DNA of 64,000 nt from Macrostomum lignano (lineage: Eukaryota), in assembly GCA_002269645.1 (NCBI GenBank), contig NIVC01001741.1:53317-117316 (forward strand), given 5' to 3'. The translations under genes were made by a program, and so were the position numbers. Below the pieces are notes generated by a model that saw nothing but the letters and a program-made list of their open reading frames with translations, was not told the DNA's origin and made no database searches. Shown piece after piece: positions 25,938 to 38,920 of this stretch; within the stretch, counting starts at the first letter, position 1; each line of letters starts with the position of its first letter.

Positions 25938-28731
25938 ATGTCTTCGTCGACCTCCTCGATGTCGTCTGTGGCTTCGTCGTCGCAGCAGCTAGCTGAACCG
26001 CCCGCCAGCCGCCGGATCCTGCTGCCCGTGGACGGCTCGAAGCACAGCGACCGCGCAGTGTCCTGGTTCCTGGCCAACCTGTACCGGCCAGGAGACTTCG
26101 CCGTGTTGGCCTTCGTGCTGGAGCCGCCGCATCGAGCTCCGACTGAGCCGCATTTGAGCAGCGTTGGAGACGACTTCGTGCAGGAAGGCAACCGGGCCTA
26201 CAGCGAAGGCTTAAAAGAGGCGGCCAGGCTGAAGGCGAAGTTTTATCAGGCCTGTCGCGAGGCGGGGGTGCCCGAAGCTCAGCTGCACTTTCAGGTGGGC
26301 TGTGGGAACTGGACGCTGTCTGGTAGCCGGGTGCGGGATGGAGACGGGGATAAAGACGAGGATGGAGACGGGGATGGAGACGGGCAAGGAGACGGGGAGG
26401 GATGGAGACGGGGATGGAGACGGGAGGGATGGAGACGGGAGGGATGGAGACGGGAGGGATGGAGACGGGGATGGAGACGGGGATGGAGACGGGGATGGAG
26501 ACGGGGATGGAGACGGGGATGGAGACGGGGATGGAGACGGGGATGGAGACAGAGATGGAGACGGGGATGGAGACAGAAATGGAGACGGGGATGGAGACGG
26601 GCAAGGAGATGGGGAGGGATGGAGACGGGAGGGATGGAGACGGGAGGGATGGAGACGGGAGGGATGGAGACGGGAGGGATGGAGACGGGAGGGATGGAGA
26701 CGGGAGGGATGGAGACGGGAGGGATGGAGACGGGAGGGATGGAGACGGGGATGGAGACGGGGATGGAGACGGGGATGGAGACGGGGATGGAGACGAGAGG
26801 GATGGAGACGGGAGGGATGGAGACGGGAGGGATGGAGACGGGGATGGAGACAGAGATGGAGACGGGGATGGAGACGGGGATGGAGACGGGAGGGATGGAG
26901 ACGGGAGGGATGGAGACGGGAGGGATGGAGACGGGAGGGATGGAGACGGGAGGGATGGAGACGGGGATGGAGACGGGGATGGAGACGGGGATGGAGACGA
27001 GAGGGATGGAGACGGGAGGGATGGAGACGGGAGGGATGGAGACGGGGATGGAGACAGAGATGGAGACGGGGATGGAGACGGGGATGGAGACGGGAGGGAT
27101 GGAGACGGGAGGGATGGAGACGGGAGGGATGGAGACGGGGATGGAGACAGAGATGGAGACGGGATGGAGACGGGGATGGAGACGGGATGGAGACGGGGAT
27201 GGAGACGGGAGGGATGGAGACGGGAGGGATGGAGACGGGAGGGATGGAGACGGGAGGGATGGAGACGGGGATGGAGACAGAGATGGAGACGGGATGGAGA
27301 CGGGAGGGATGGAGACGGGGATGGAGACGGGGATGGAGACGGGGATGGAGACGGGGATGGAGACGGGAGGGATGGAGACGGGGATGGATGAAGTCGTCTC
27401 CTGAGTAAGCCTGGGTGCAGGCCCATACACAGCAGTCATGACGTCATGCTTGTTAAATATTAAATGCTTTGAGGGCTGTTCATCGCAGGCTTTAGTTGAG
27501 CAAGACAGACTCCAGGACTGCCTCCACAAATTAGCATGGTAGCTAACTAACTAATAACAGCCGGAATCAAAACCGGGTCCTGCTAAACAAGAGACCGATG
27601 CGATAACTCTGTGCTACCAACTTTTTGAACATTTTGCTCAAGAAGTTCTTCACTTAGGAATAAAAAAATCGATATGCTTCATTGTGCTTGATCACTCTCG
27701 GTTCTGCTTGTCGCTAGCTGCAACTGCAATAAGTGGCTAGAATTGCCTTAGGGAATTCCGTGACGCAGAATCTGGATTCAGCAGCAGTAGGATAATTAGT
27801 TTTCCCATCTTTCTTGCAGTCGACTTCGAACTCGAGTAAGGGTATCCTGAGCTGAGAGCGCCCAGCTAGGCTAGGCTTGAACTAAAAGTTCAAGCTGTAA
27901 ATCATGACAGAAAAGTTGAGTGCTCGGCAGTGCTAGCGTTGCACCCAATGCCGTGCACTTTTCCGATGGCTTTATAAAAGTTAACCTATTGTTAACTTAC
28001 CAACAACTACACCTCCCAGGTGTCACTCTTCTTAACTAAGACTCCTTCCCTTCTGTCACTCTCTCTCAACTGAGACTCCTTCCCTTCTGTCACTCTCCCT
28101 CTAAATTGAGACTCCTTCCCTTCTGTCACTCTCCCTCTCAATTGAGACTCCTTCCCTTCTGTCACTCTCTCTCAACTGAGACTCCTTCCCTTCTGTCACT
28201 CTCCCTCTAAATTGAGACTCCTTCCCTTCTGTCACTCTCCCTCTCAATTGAGACTCCTTCCCTTCTGTCACTCTCCCTCTCAACTGAGACTTCTTCCCTT
28301 CTGTCACTCTCTCTCTCTCAACTGAGACTCCTTCCCTTCTGTCACTCTCCCTCTCAACTGAGACTCCTTCCCTTCTGTCACTCTCAGCTACGGGTTCTGA
28401 CAGCTGACAGCTACGAGTTGAGTAGCTCCAACTCCAAATGACCTCAACCAGCTTCCACATCCCTTCACTCTTCATCTCCTCATCCCAGGAGTTGGTTGGC
28501 AGCAAGGCTGGTGACACCCTAGTTCGCTACGTGGAAGAGTCCAGCATCTCATGCGTTGTCATTGGCTCCCGCGGCCTCGGCAAGCTCAGGCGAACGTTCC
28601 TTGGCAGCGTCAGTGAACACCTGCTACACAATGCCGGCTGTGCTGTCATTGTCTGTCCTGGCAAAAAGTCCAAGAAGGAATCGACAGCGGCTGAGGCTGC
28701 TGCTGCTGCTGCGATGCCTAACGGCAAGTGA
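25938..28731 (+). CDS. Universal stress protein (USP-A-like); exons 25938-26294 and 28489-28731 (199 aa)
   Basis: RRILLPVDGSKHSDRAVSW at the N-terminus; ATP-binding motif G-x2-G-x9-GS (VIGSRGLGKLRRTFLGSVSEHLLHNAGCAVIVCP); phase-0 intron CAG|GTGGGC...ATCCCAG|GAG. Confidence 0.92.
26335..27390 (+). repeat. G-rich short-period repeat (GGGATGGAGAC / GGGAGGGATGGAGAC) in the USP intron
   Basis: Direct; source of the GGMET, PSPS and WRRG ORFs. Confidence 0.95.
27556..27620 (-). mobile_element. tRNA-like Pol III head remnant
   Basis: Minus strand GGTAGCACAGAGTTATCGCATCGG...GGACCCGGTTTTGATTCCGG (degenerate A and B boxes). Confidence 0.3.
28020..28385 (+). repeat. 36-bp pyrimidine-rich minisatellite in the USP intron
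   Basis: AACTGAGACTCCTTCCCTTCTGTCACTCTCCCTCTC units. Confidence 0.93.
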
Positions 28732-28959
28732 CAAGCCAGGGACTTTTAAACAGCATTCTAAGCGAACTTTTGAACACAGTGACCATTTTGTCACCTGTCT
28801 GATGTTCAATGTTGAAATGTACTTTATTAAGAGGGGTTAGATTGATCCGCGTGAGTTCACTAATTAAAGTCTAACTATATATAACAAGTAAAGAAAATTA
28901 AGTAAACTATTTAATTGGAGTTGAAAACAAAAAAACGAACACAAACAGCAAGTAGGACG

Positions 28960-29355
28960 CAGGGCCTACATGGGTGTAATTATAAGACATTAGAATAGGG
29001 GGGGGGTGGTTGAGTGCAAGTAAGTAAACAAGGGGTGGAGTGCGCGACTAAGTAAAGAGGCGAGATTGAAGAGCCAATCAGAAGGCAGCAAGGGAGAGAG
29101 ATAAGAATAACAAGACTGAACTGGACAGAGGGAGAGAAAACAGAGCAAACAGCAAGTAGGGCGCAGGCGGGCCTAAATGGGTGTAATTATAAGACATTAG
29201 AATGGGGGGGGTGGTTGAGTGGAAGTAAAGAAGGGGTGGAGTGCGCAACTAAGGAAAGAGGCGAGATTGAAGAGCCAATCAGAAGACAGCAAGGGAGAGA
29301 GATAAGAATAACAAGACTGAACTGGACAGAGGGAGAGAAAACAGAGCAAACAGAG
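28960..29355 (+). repeat. ~200-bp tandem duplication (2 copies)
   Basis: GGGTGTAATTATAAGACATTAGAAT...GAGAAAACAGAGCAAACAG occurs twice. Confidence 0.9.
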
Positions 29356-30359
29356 ACAAGTGCAGATGAACCAATAGATGACTAAGATTAAGAAAGTTGC
29401 GATACGAGCTATATATAACACACCATTACTACTCTTTGGAGTATAATTGGATAATAAATCTGGATTAAAATAAGTATAATTAGAAATTCACAGGGGACGC
29501 TGGGCGCTGCCAGAAGTCAAGGCGGGTTGGCCCTCGTGGGCTGTGAATCACACGACAACCCCCCAGGCCAACTTCGGCATAAAAAATCCAAACTATTAAA
29601 AATGAATAATGAAAGCTACTGCACCTGGCTTGCCCTCATATTCTGAGGCATAATTACTGACTAACAGTTCCTAATGCGCGAAAGTAGACAAGATTACCGC
29701 TAGGCTACTACACCCCCTATTAGGTAAACTAGAAAATCTACCTTATACCCAGTGCCCTGTTTGGTCAGAAAAAAAGAGTTCCTTGTTTCGTAAAATTGAT
29801 TATATTTATCTAGAAAAGTACAAGCCATAACTATTGTTAGATATTGTCAGACATAAGAAAACTCTTTTTGAGAATTTTATGTGTGTTGATTTTGTGCGCT
29901 TCACTTTGTGCGATTCTTTTGTCCCGCATCAACTTGTAATCACAGATATTTTGGTTGCTATTTAAAACACACGTTGACTGATTTCTTTTATTGTATTGCG
30001 AATGTAAAAAATGTTTTTTTTATATAAATATCTTTGTGGATCGCAGAGTATTTGAGCTTTTATTGTTTGATTTTTTATGCTAAACACAGCAAGTTCATTG
30101 TCGTGCAGTGCCAGCATTCTAACCATCTGTATGAACATACCAGCTCATCTATTTATAAGAATTGCACCACTCCCTCCCTCGCTTCGGCCGCTAAGTACAG
30201 CCCCGCAGTTTTGTGACTGCGTTTTGTTGTGTGCAAACTCTGCGAAAATAAATATACATTGTGTTAGATGGGATAGATTATCAATCAATTTAATTCTGTT
30301 GCTTGATCGATTATTTGATTAATTCATCTGTTGATTGAACTCATCTTAATCTATCGATT

Positions 30360-30546
30360 AACCGGTTTATTGATTGGTTGATTGATTGATTGATTAGTGA
30401 TTGATTGATTGATTGATTGATTGGTTGGTTGGTTGATTGATTGATTGGTTGATTGATTGATGATTGATTGATTGATTGATTGGTGATTCATTGATTGATT
30501 GACTGATTGTTGATTGATTGGTCAGCTGATTGGTTGGTTGATTGGC

Positions 30547-30588
<42 letters not shown>

Positions 30589-30810
30589 GTTGATTGATTG
30601 ACTGATTGATTGATTGATTGGTCAGCTGATTCGTTGGTTGGTTGATTGATTGACTGATTGATTGATTGATTGGTTGGTTGATTGATTGACTGATTGATTG
30701 ATTGATTGATTGATTGGTTGGTTGATTGATTGACTGATTGACTGATTGTTGATTGATTGGTCAGCTGATTGGTTGGTTGATAGATAAATAGATAGATTGA
30801 TTGATTGATG
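30360..30810 (+). repeat. (GATT)n/(GGTT)n microsatellite
   Basis: Direct. Confidence 0.95.
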
Positions 30811-31534
30811 AATCAATCGATCAGATTCACAACTCGCAGCTGTATTCAGATCATTGCAAACAATTTTCAGCAGCTTATAATCTCTAAGCAGCATGCAGGC
30901 ATGCCAGTCCATGCGAACGCAGCCACAAATGCTGAATCATATTTCATGCCAGCTCTGCGGGGGCAGCCAAGTCCAAGGATTTATCAAACTGAAACCCTAC
31001 CCAGCAAACACCATCAAAAGCTCAAAGGCCTGACACGAAAAGTGACGAGTCGAGAGGGGAAGTGGGAAGTGAGGAAGGAGGGCGCGTCACGAAAAGGAAG
31101 GACGCGGGAAATCCATGAGAAATGGGAGATGTTTTACTAGAAAGCGAGGCGACAGGTCAGAGAAATGCCGGAGCAAGTCGACAGCCCTCTTCAAAAGTCG
31201 AATCACTTTTTTTTATTGGCGCTGGCGAATTTTTTTATAAAAAATTCTTTGAGGCGCTTCGGATTACATTTTGTTTTTTCTGCAAAAAAATGCGATCAAA
31301 ACTAATCATCAGAATTGTCTAGAAAAAAAATTATTGCCAAACGCTATACAGACTACTGAAACTACTGATAACAGTAGTGCAGAAAGTGTGTTAGCCAATG
31401 CTAACACTATGCTAATCAACTTTTAATGGGAGTGTATGAAGACTGGTGTAGAGTCGTGAAAGTAAGAATTGCATACAGAATAGAAAGACAGTTCTTGGAC
31501 CCTTTGGTGTTATTTGATACTCTGTCACTCCATT

Positions 31535-32580
31535 CTGGTACTCTGGTCTGATATTCAGTCACTCCGGTCTGATATTCAGTCACTCCGATCTGATATTCAG
31601 TCACTCCGGTCTGATATTCAGTCACTCCGGTCTGATATTCAGTCACTCCGGTCTGATATTCAGTCACTCCGGTCTGATATTCAGTCACTCCGTTCTGAAA
31701 TTCAGTCACTCCGGTCTGATATTCAGTCACTCCGGTCTGATATTCAGTCACTCCGGTCTGATATTCAGTCACTCCGTTCTGAAATTCAGTCACTCCGGTC
31801 TGATATTCAGTCACTCCGGTTGGATATTCAGTCACTCCAATTTAATGTTCAGTCACTCTAATTTGATGTTCAGTCACTCCAATTTGATATTCAGTCAATC
31901 CAATTCGATGTTCAGTCACTATGATTTGATATTCAGTCAATCCAATTCGATGTTCAGTCAATCCAATTTGATGTTCAGTCACTCTAATTTGATATTCAGT
32001 CTATCCAATTTGATGTTCAGTCAATCCAATTTGATGTTCAGTCAATCCAATTTGATGTTCAGTCACTCCAATTTGACGTTCAGTCAATCCAATTTGATGT
32101 TCAGTCAATCCAATTTGATGTTCAGTCAATCCAATTTGATGTTCAGTCACTCCAATTTGACACTCTTAGTCTTGGCATTTCGGTCGGGTATTCTGGCACA
32201 CCAGTTAATATTCTGGCACTCCAGTTAATATTCTGACACTCCAGTTAATATTCTGGCACTCCAGTTAATATTCTGACACTCCAGTGAATATTCTGGCACT
32301 CCAGTTAATATTCTGACACTCCAGTTAATATTCTGACACTCCAGTTAATATTCTGACACTCCAGTGAATATTCTGGCACTCCAGTTAATATTCTGGCACA
32401 CCAGTTAATATTCTGGCACTCCTGTTAATATTCTGGCACTCCAGTTAATATTCTGACACTCCAGTGAATATTCTGGCACTCCAGTGAATATTCTGGCACT
32501 CCAGTTAATATTCTGACACTCCAGTTAATATTCTGGCACCCCAGTTAATATTCTGGCACTCCAATATAATATTCTGGCAG
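31535..32580 (+). repeat. Three abutting related minisatellites (21, 21 and 20 bp)
   Basis: TTCAGTCACTCCGGTCTGATA, then TTCAGTCAATCCAATTTGATG, then ACTCCAGTTAATATTCTG(G/A)C. Confidence 0.92.
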
Positions 32581-33325
32581 TCCAATTTGATACCCTGGCC
32601 CTCTATTACTCAAAGAACAGGATGATATACAAAAAATCAGGCGAATGCACACATTAAAGCTGAAGAGCTCTCCAATGCGAAAAACAATTAAGATCGGCGA
32701 CCGGCTCCCACAGTTGCCCTATGCGTCGCATGTCTTACCTTTGCACACTTTTTCAGCCTTTCATCACTCCCTGCCTCACTTGAACAGATAGGCACAGGAC
32801 TGAGGCATCTGGCGCGACTCCGTCAGCAGCCAAGACGAGTAATTCGCTTTGACAAATAGGCTGGCGGGACATGTCTACATTTAACCCTTGGTGATGACTA
32901 AATAGTTCCATTTCTTCCTTTTTCGACCATGGAAACCGCTTGACAACACCAATATTCGAGCTCAGCGCGCGGACCTCGCTCTCTCTCTCTCCCTCTCTAG
33001 CAGAAGCTTCACGCAGGATCCCCCCTTGGGAGGGCTGCGAAAGAAGCCGCTAAACTGCGGGGCGCAGAGGGCAGTCGACCTTTTCCCGCCCGTGTCAATT
33101 AGTTTTGTAAGGCTTCTCTTACCAAAAAAAGAATAAGAAAAAGAGCTGCAAAAGCAGAAGATAATTGCTGTAAAACTACCTTCCCTAAACAACGAGAGAA
33201 GCAATTTGCTAAGCTATTTAACCATAGGCAGACGGATGGCCGTTTTCGTCCATTCTGTCTACCTCCAAGCTAGACGGCATAAAATCAATCTCTATGGGCC
33301 AGATTTGTTGGATTTTTTACCACAG

Positions 33326-35669
33326 CCGTTCCCGACGACTAGAGGCCGAAAACGGCCATATAAATATTATGTATAAGGACTACTGACTGCTATATATAAC
33401 CATATTTATAATCAATAGAACTTCATTCCTTCATCTATGTATCTAACACACCAATAAGGCAACGATAGCTTCCCATAGTGAATGATAAAGTCACATGCAC
33501 AGAGTAGAATGGTTTACAGTCGATTAACAGCCGCGCCAAGAAACAAGTGCCAAGAGACTGTTCTGACTGAAAAAAATGTTTCCTGTGGCTGCTAGACTTA
33601 ACGAGTGTGTATTTTTAATGCGGAAAAACAATGCAGTTAATGTAAACTGAGGTTGACTATAATAGTATAGTAATGCACAACGCAAGAAGTAATTTACTGA
33701 ATGAAATGTATAAACTAATAAACTGAACAGGAATGATTACACGTACACGTTAGAAGTGTCCGATACAATTGTTTTTTATGTATGGCTGGCACTAAAGCAC
33801 GCGCCAAGGCACAGAGCTGGCCTCCCTGGACACGTGGAGCAGACAAAGACGGTTCTCCTTTTGCACATTCTGCACCGCTTGCGAGGCCGGGCCAGTGCTC
33901 CTTCTTTGGGCGCCTTAGTAGGCGAATGTCGAGGAACAGCAGGTGGCCCGTCACCTGCGCCAGTTGGCGCTGCAGCAACTGGAGCAGCTGGAGGACCTCG
34001 GCGTCTGGCAACACCGGTTTCCGCAACCAGAATATCTAACGCCTTGCGCAAGAAGTGGAGGAAGGACATGCTGCCGCCGTGGTAATTGTACAAGATCCAG
34101 GCGTTGCGGACAAGCAGCACAATCAGATGGAAAGCCAGCTTGTTGAACCAGCGCAGCGACTTGCGGTTTGCTATGTAGGGACTCGTGTTAGAGTCCATGC
34201 GGTCCACTCCACCCATCCAACGACTGTACGTGGTGATGCTGACCGGCTTCGCCACCACTTGCTGCTGACCACCAGGGCGAACGCGGGCTACATCGTGGCA
34301 CTGCGCGTTACCTGCCGTGTCCAGCAAGTACACAGTCTTCTTGCCACTGTTCTTGGAGTCTACAAACTTGCACGCCAGCACGTTGCCACACCTTGCGAAT
34401 GCTGATGATGTAGGGTGCAGGTTAGTGTCTCGCAGCAGTGGCGGCGGTCCACGATCTTTGCGCACGGTGCCAGTCAGCATGGTGTCGCGGGCCAGTAGCC
34501 ACGAAGCCAGTCGGTACGATGTAAACCAGCTGTCGGTGAAGATGCGATGGCCAAGATGTAGAATGTCGCGGCATAGCTCGGCTACGACTCGCTCACTGAA
34601 GGACAGGGCCTCACAGTCCACTCCGGCACCAAACCTGGCATTCTCCTGCTGCGTTGTGTGAACGGCAAAGTTCCACAGGTATCCGGACTTGGCCTCACAC
34701 AGGCAGTATAACTTGATACCATACTTGCTCTTCTTAGAAGGAATGTACTGCCTAAACTGTACCCGTCCTTTGTACATGACCAGAGTCTCGTCAATTGATA
34801 GATTCTGATCGGGCATGTAGTTGTTCCGACAGGCGTGCTGCACAAGTGCAAGGAATGGAGAGATTTTGTCTACAGGGCTTTGGGGAGCGGGACCAGCGCT
34901 ACTGTAAAAGCGAAGGCAGGAGAGAATCTGCTTGAAACGATCGCGCGAAAGTGAATGTGGCTGAGCCAGAAACGTGCAGTGGTACACAGGATCCTTTTCC
35001 CAGTATGAGCTGATCTCCGGCTTGTCATCAATGCCCATAAGCAACACGATGCCGATCAGCTTCTTCACCTCGTCAACACTGCAATCCTTCCATGTAGACA
35101 CAACCTTTGGTAACTCATCAGCTGACCTTTCCTGAGCGAAACTCCAGGCCCGTTCGTTCGTCCACCTTGCAATGTTCTCGAACAGCTCGTCGGTTAGGTA
35201 TTGATGCAAAAACTCTGACTCACTGCTATTCGCTGATTGTGGTGGTACCCAGTCCGGCCGAAAACCTGGGGTGCCCATGAACTCTGGGACAGCCGTGGGC
35301 CTGTCGTCCGTCCCTTCGATAGCTTGGTGCCACTCGTGTTCTTCCTCCATTTCGACGTCCTCATCTGAGCTGCTGGCGCTTTCAACGTTTTCACCATCCT
35401 CACCTGGCTCTTCATCAAAATAAAACGATCCGTCCTCGTCGTCAGTGAGAAAATTGTCCGAGTCCGACGTGTAAATGAGATCCATAACTAGTCAAAACTA
35501 AACTAAAAGTAAAATGCTCATATAAAGCAGTCCGTATAAATGAATTAAATAAGCGAACAGACACTAAATTTAAGCGAGACTATAGGCGGGAACGGTGGTA
35601 GCAGCAACATTTATGATCGTAAATTTGAAAACTGTCTATGGCTGTTTTCGGCCTATCCGTCGGGAACGG
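33326..35669 (-). mobile_element. piggyBac-like DNA transposon; boundaries provisional
   Basis: ~35-bp imperfect inverted repeats at 33326-33360 (CCGTTCCCGACGACTAGAGGCCGAAAACGGCCATA) and 35637-35669 (TATGGCTGTTTTCGGCCTATCCGTCGGGAACGG) flank the transposase ORF; no matched TTAA pair found. Confidence 0.7.
33776..35485 (-). CDS. piggyBac (PGBD4-like) transposase, 569 aa, intronless, uninterrupted
   Basis: Catalytic motifs SIDETLVMYKGR, FTDSWFTS and MGGVDRMD; GIKLYCLCEA; acidic N-terminus; C-terminal Cys-rich domain CRMC...CSTC...LCLGACFSASH. Confidence 0.95.
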   Translation of the reverse strand: MDLIYTSDSDNFLTDDEDGSFYFDEEPGEDGENVESASSSDEDVEMEEEHEWHQAIEGTDDRPTAVPEFMGTPGFRPDWVPPQSANSSESEFLHQYLTDELFENIARWTNERAWSFAQERSADELPKVVSTWKDCSVDEVKKLIGIVLLMGIDDKPEISSYWEKDPVYHCTFLAQPHSLSRDRFKQILSCLRFYSSAGPAPQSPVDKISPFLALVQHACRNNYMPDQNLSIDETLVMYKGRVQFRQYIPSKKSKYGIKLYCLCEAKSGYLWNFAVHTTQQENARFGAGVDCEALSFSERVVAELCRDILHLGHRIFTDSWFTSYRLASWLLARDTMLTGTVRKDRGPPPLLRDTNLHPTSSAFARCGNVLACKFVDSKNSGKKTVYLLDTAGNAQCHDVARVRPGGQQQVVAKPVSITTYSRWMGGVDRMDSNTSPYIANRKSLRWFNKLAFHLIVLLVRNAWILYNYHGGSMSFLHFLRKALDILVAETGVARRRGPPAAPVAAAPTGAGDGPPAVPRHSPTKAPKEGALARPRKRCRMCKRRTVFVCSTCPGRPALCLGACFSASHT

Positions 35670-36002
35670 TTATAAGCGCCTAAAACTGCAGTCAAATAGA
35701 GTTTTTAATATGTGCCACTCAATGGTAATTGTAAATGTCGTCAAGTCATTTACCTTCTGCTTTGAAATTTACGCGATTTTCTTAGTTAAAATGCAACTGC
35801 AACTGCTTCTGGGTTTGCTTGGTTCTGACCCCACTCTACAGCCGCTTAACGTTTGCGGAATAGGTGTATGAACTGCATTGGGCTCATGACTGATTTTGGA
35901 AAATATGCCGGAAATGGAACCCAACTTTGAAGCTATGACCTACTTTATAAAATGATATTGATTTATGAGCTACATTTGAGGATAGATAGATCTTAGAACT
36001 TA

Positions 36003-36735
36003 AATGATGCATGACCTATGCCTTGGATGATGCATGACCTATGCCATGAATGATGCATGACCTATGCCTTGGATGATGCATGACCTATGCCATGAATGAT
36101 GCATGACCTATGCCTTGGATGATGCATGACCTATACCATGAATGATGCATGACCTATGCCTTGGATGATGCATGACCTATGCCTTGGATGATGCATGACC
36201 TATACCATGAATGATGCATGACCTATGCCTTGGATGATGCATGACCTATGCCTTGGATGATGCATGACCTATGCCTTGGATGATGCATGACCTATGCCTT
36301 GGATGATGCATGACCTATGCCATGAATGATGCATGACCTATGCCTTGGATGATGCATGACCTATGCCTTGGATGATGCATGACCTATGCCTTGGATGATG
36401 CATGACCTATGCCTTGGATGATGCATGACCTATGCCTTGGATGATGCATGACCTATGCCTTGGATGATGCATGACCTATGCCTTGGATGATGCATGACCT
36501 ATGCCTTGGATGATGCATGACCTATGCCTTGGATGATGCATGACCTATGCCTTGGATGATGCATGACCTATGCCTTGGATGATGTATGACCTATGCCTTG
36601 GATGATGCATGACCTATGCCTTGGATGATGCATGACCTATGCCTTGGATGATGCATGACCTATGCCTTGGATGATGCATGACCTATGCCTTGGATGATGC
36701 ATGACCTATGCCTTGGATGATGCATGACCTATGTC
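36003..36735 (+). repeat. 23-bp minisatellite (ATGATGCATGACCTATGCCTTGG)n
   Basis: Direct. Confidence 0.96.
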
Positions 36736-37129
36736 ACGCAGGAATCAGATTCACTGCAGGCGGCACTTGCACAGACAACCCATTGGAGTCAGTCAGGCAT
36801 ATTAAGCCCTGCTTATCAGAGCTGCCCATCGGACAGGGTGAGCAGTCATTGAGTTATTAATATATATCACAGAGATGAGGCACGGTAGCAAGACAGAAAT
36901 TTATATAGCATTCAGTCTAAAGCATTTGCTCTGCACTGCTCGGCAGTTTCTGTTGTCAAGGCCCATTAAAGCAGTTAAGCAGTTAGATAAGAATCTTACC
37001 TGTAACAAGATGCCAAAACCCAAGCCACGAGCTCTTCTTTTGCTGTATACTAACAACTCATATCTGTGTGGTGTTTAGACGAATTTATTTTAAATGCTTT
37101 GATTCTATAGCTTCATATCGCCATATTCA

Positions 37130-38255
37130 AGAATGACAGTTCAATGACAGTTCAATGACAGTTCCATGACAGTTCAATGACTGTTCAATGACAGTTCAAT
37201 GACCGTTCCATGACAGTTCAATGACAGTTCCATGACAGTTCAATGACAGTTCAATGACAGTTCCATGACAGCTCAATGACAGTTCCATGACAGTTCAATG
37301 ACAGTTCCATGACAGTTCAATGACCGTTCAATGACAGTTCCATGACAGTTCAATGACATTTCCATGACAGTTCCATGACAGTTCAATGACAGTTCAATGA
37401 CAGTTCAATGACAGTTCAATGACAGTTCAATGACAGTTCAATGACAGTTCAATGACAGTTCAATGACAGTTCAATGACAGTTCAATGACAGTTCAATGAC
37501 AGTTCAATGACAGTTCAATGACAGTTCAATGACAGTTCCATGACAGCTCAATGACAGTTCCATGACAGTTCCATGACAGTTCAATGACAGTTCAATGACA
37601 GTTCCATGACAGTTCCATGACAGTTCAATGACAGTTCAATGACAGTTCAATGACAGTTCAATGACAGTTCCATGACAGTTCAATGACAGTTCAATGACAG
37701 TTCAATGACAGTTCCATGACAGTTCAATGACAGTTCAATGACAGTTCAATGACAGTTCAATGACAGTTCAATGACAGTTCAATGACAGTTCAATGACAGT
37801 TCAATGACAGTTCCATGACAGTTCAATGACAGTTCAATGACAGTTCAATGACAGTTCAATGACAGTTCAATGACAGTTCAATGACAGTTCAATGACAGTT
37901 CAATGACAGTTCAATGACAGTTCCATGACAGTTCCATGACAGCTCAATGACAGTTCCATGACAGTTCCATGACAGTTCAATGACAGTTCAATGACAGTTC
38001 AATGACAGTTCAATGACAGTTCAATGACAGTTCAATGACAGTTCAATGACAGTTCCATGACAGTTCCATGACAGCTCAATGACAGTTCCATGACAGTTCC
38101 ATGACAGTTCAATGACAGTTCAATGACAGTTCAATGACAGTTCAATGACAGTTCAATGACAGTTCAATGACAGTTCAATGACAGTTCCATGACAGTTCCA
38201 TGACAGTTCAATGACAGTTCCATGACAGTTCAATGACAGTTCAATGACAGTTCAA
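37130..38255 (+). repeat. 11-bp minisatellite (ATGACAGTTC(A/C))n
   Basis: Direct, about 100 copies. Confidence 0.96.
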
Positions 38256-38704
38256 CGTGAGTTCCAGGAAACTGCTGTGTAAAACATATTGCGTTACAGT
38301 TTAGAAAATTAATTCAGGAAATCACAACACAGAAACTGAAGAGCTTGTATTTAGCAAAATCCTAATCAATAAATTACAAGATGTTTGACACAGATTCCAT
38401 CGAGAAAGAAAGATGCCTACAAGTTTAATTGGCAAGCAGCCAATTGCAGAGGCGGCAGGGCCCGCAGCGGCAGCCAATCAGGTTGGTTGCTGGGCTGGGG
38501 GACTCAGTAGACTGGGTCGGTTACCTGTGCTGTGAGATCGTAATAAGTTAAATAGCTTCAGATGCCAAGTGGGAACTCTTTAATTTTGTTACAGAAAGTG
38601 AAGGGAAAGCGCTACTGAAGACTGGAAAGCCCGGAGTAAAAAAAGCGGTGAGTAAAATTCAAAATGCGACAGCACTTAGCCAATGAAGACTTTGTGTTAG
38701 GGTC

Positions 38705-38920
38705 CTAGCATCGGTGCATGTCACACCTGGAACTCCCTGAGGCACCCTGTCAGCATCGGTGCATGTCACACCTGGAACTCCCTGTGGCACCCTGTCAGCA
38801 TCGGTGCATCTCACACCTGGAACTCCCTGAGGCACCCTGTCAGCATCGGTGCATGTCACACCTGGAACTCCCTGAGGCACCCTGTCAGCATCGGTGCATG
38901 TCACACCTGGAACTCCATGT
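38705..38920 (+). repeat. 45-bp minisatellite (about 4.5 copies)
   Basis: CAGCATCGGTGCATGTCACACCTGGAACTCCCTGAGGCACCCTGT. Confidence 0.92.

Noticed and set aside
32881-32895. TTAA|CCCTT as a canonical piggyBac terminus
   Set aside because: No complementary AAGGG|TTAA partner found on the other side of the transposase.
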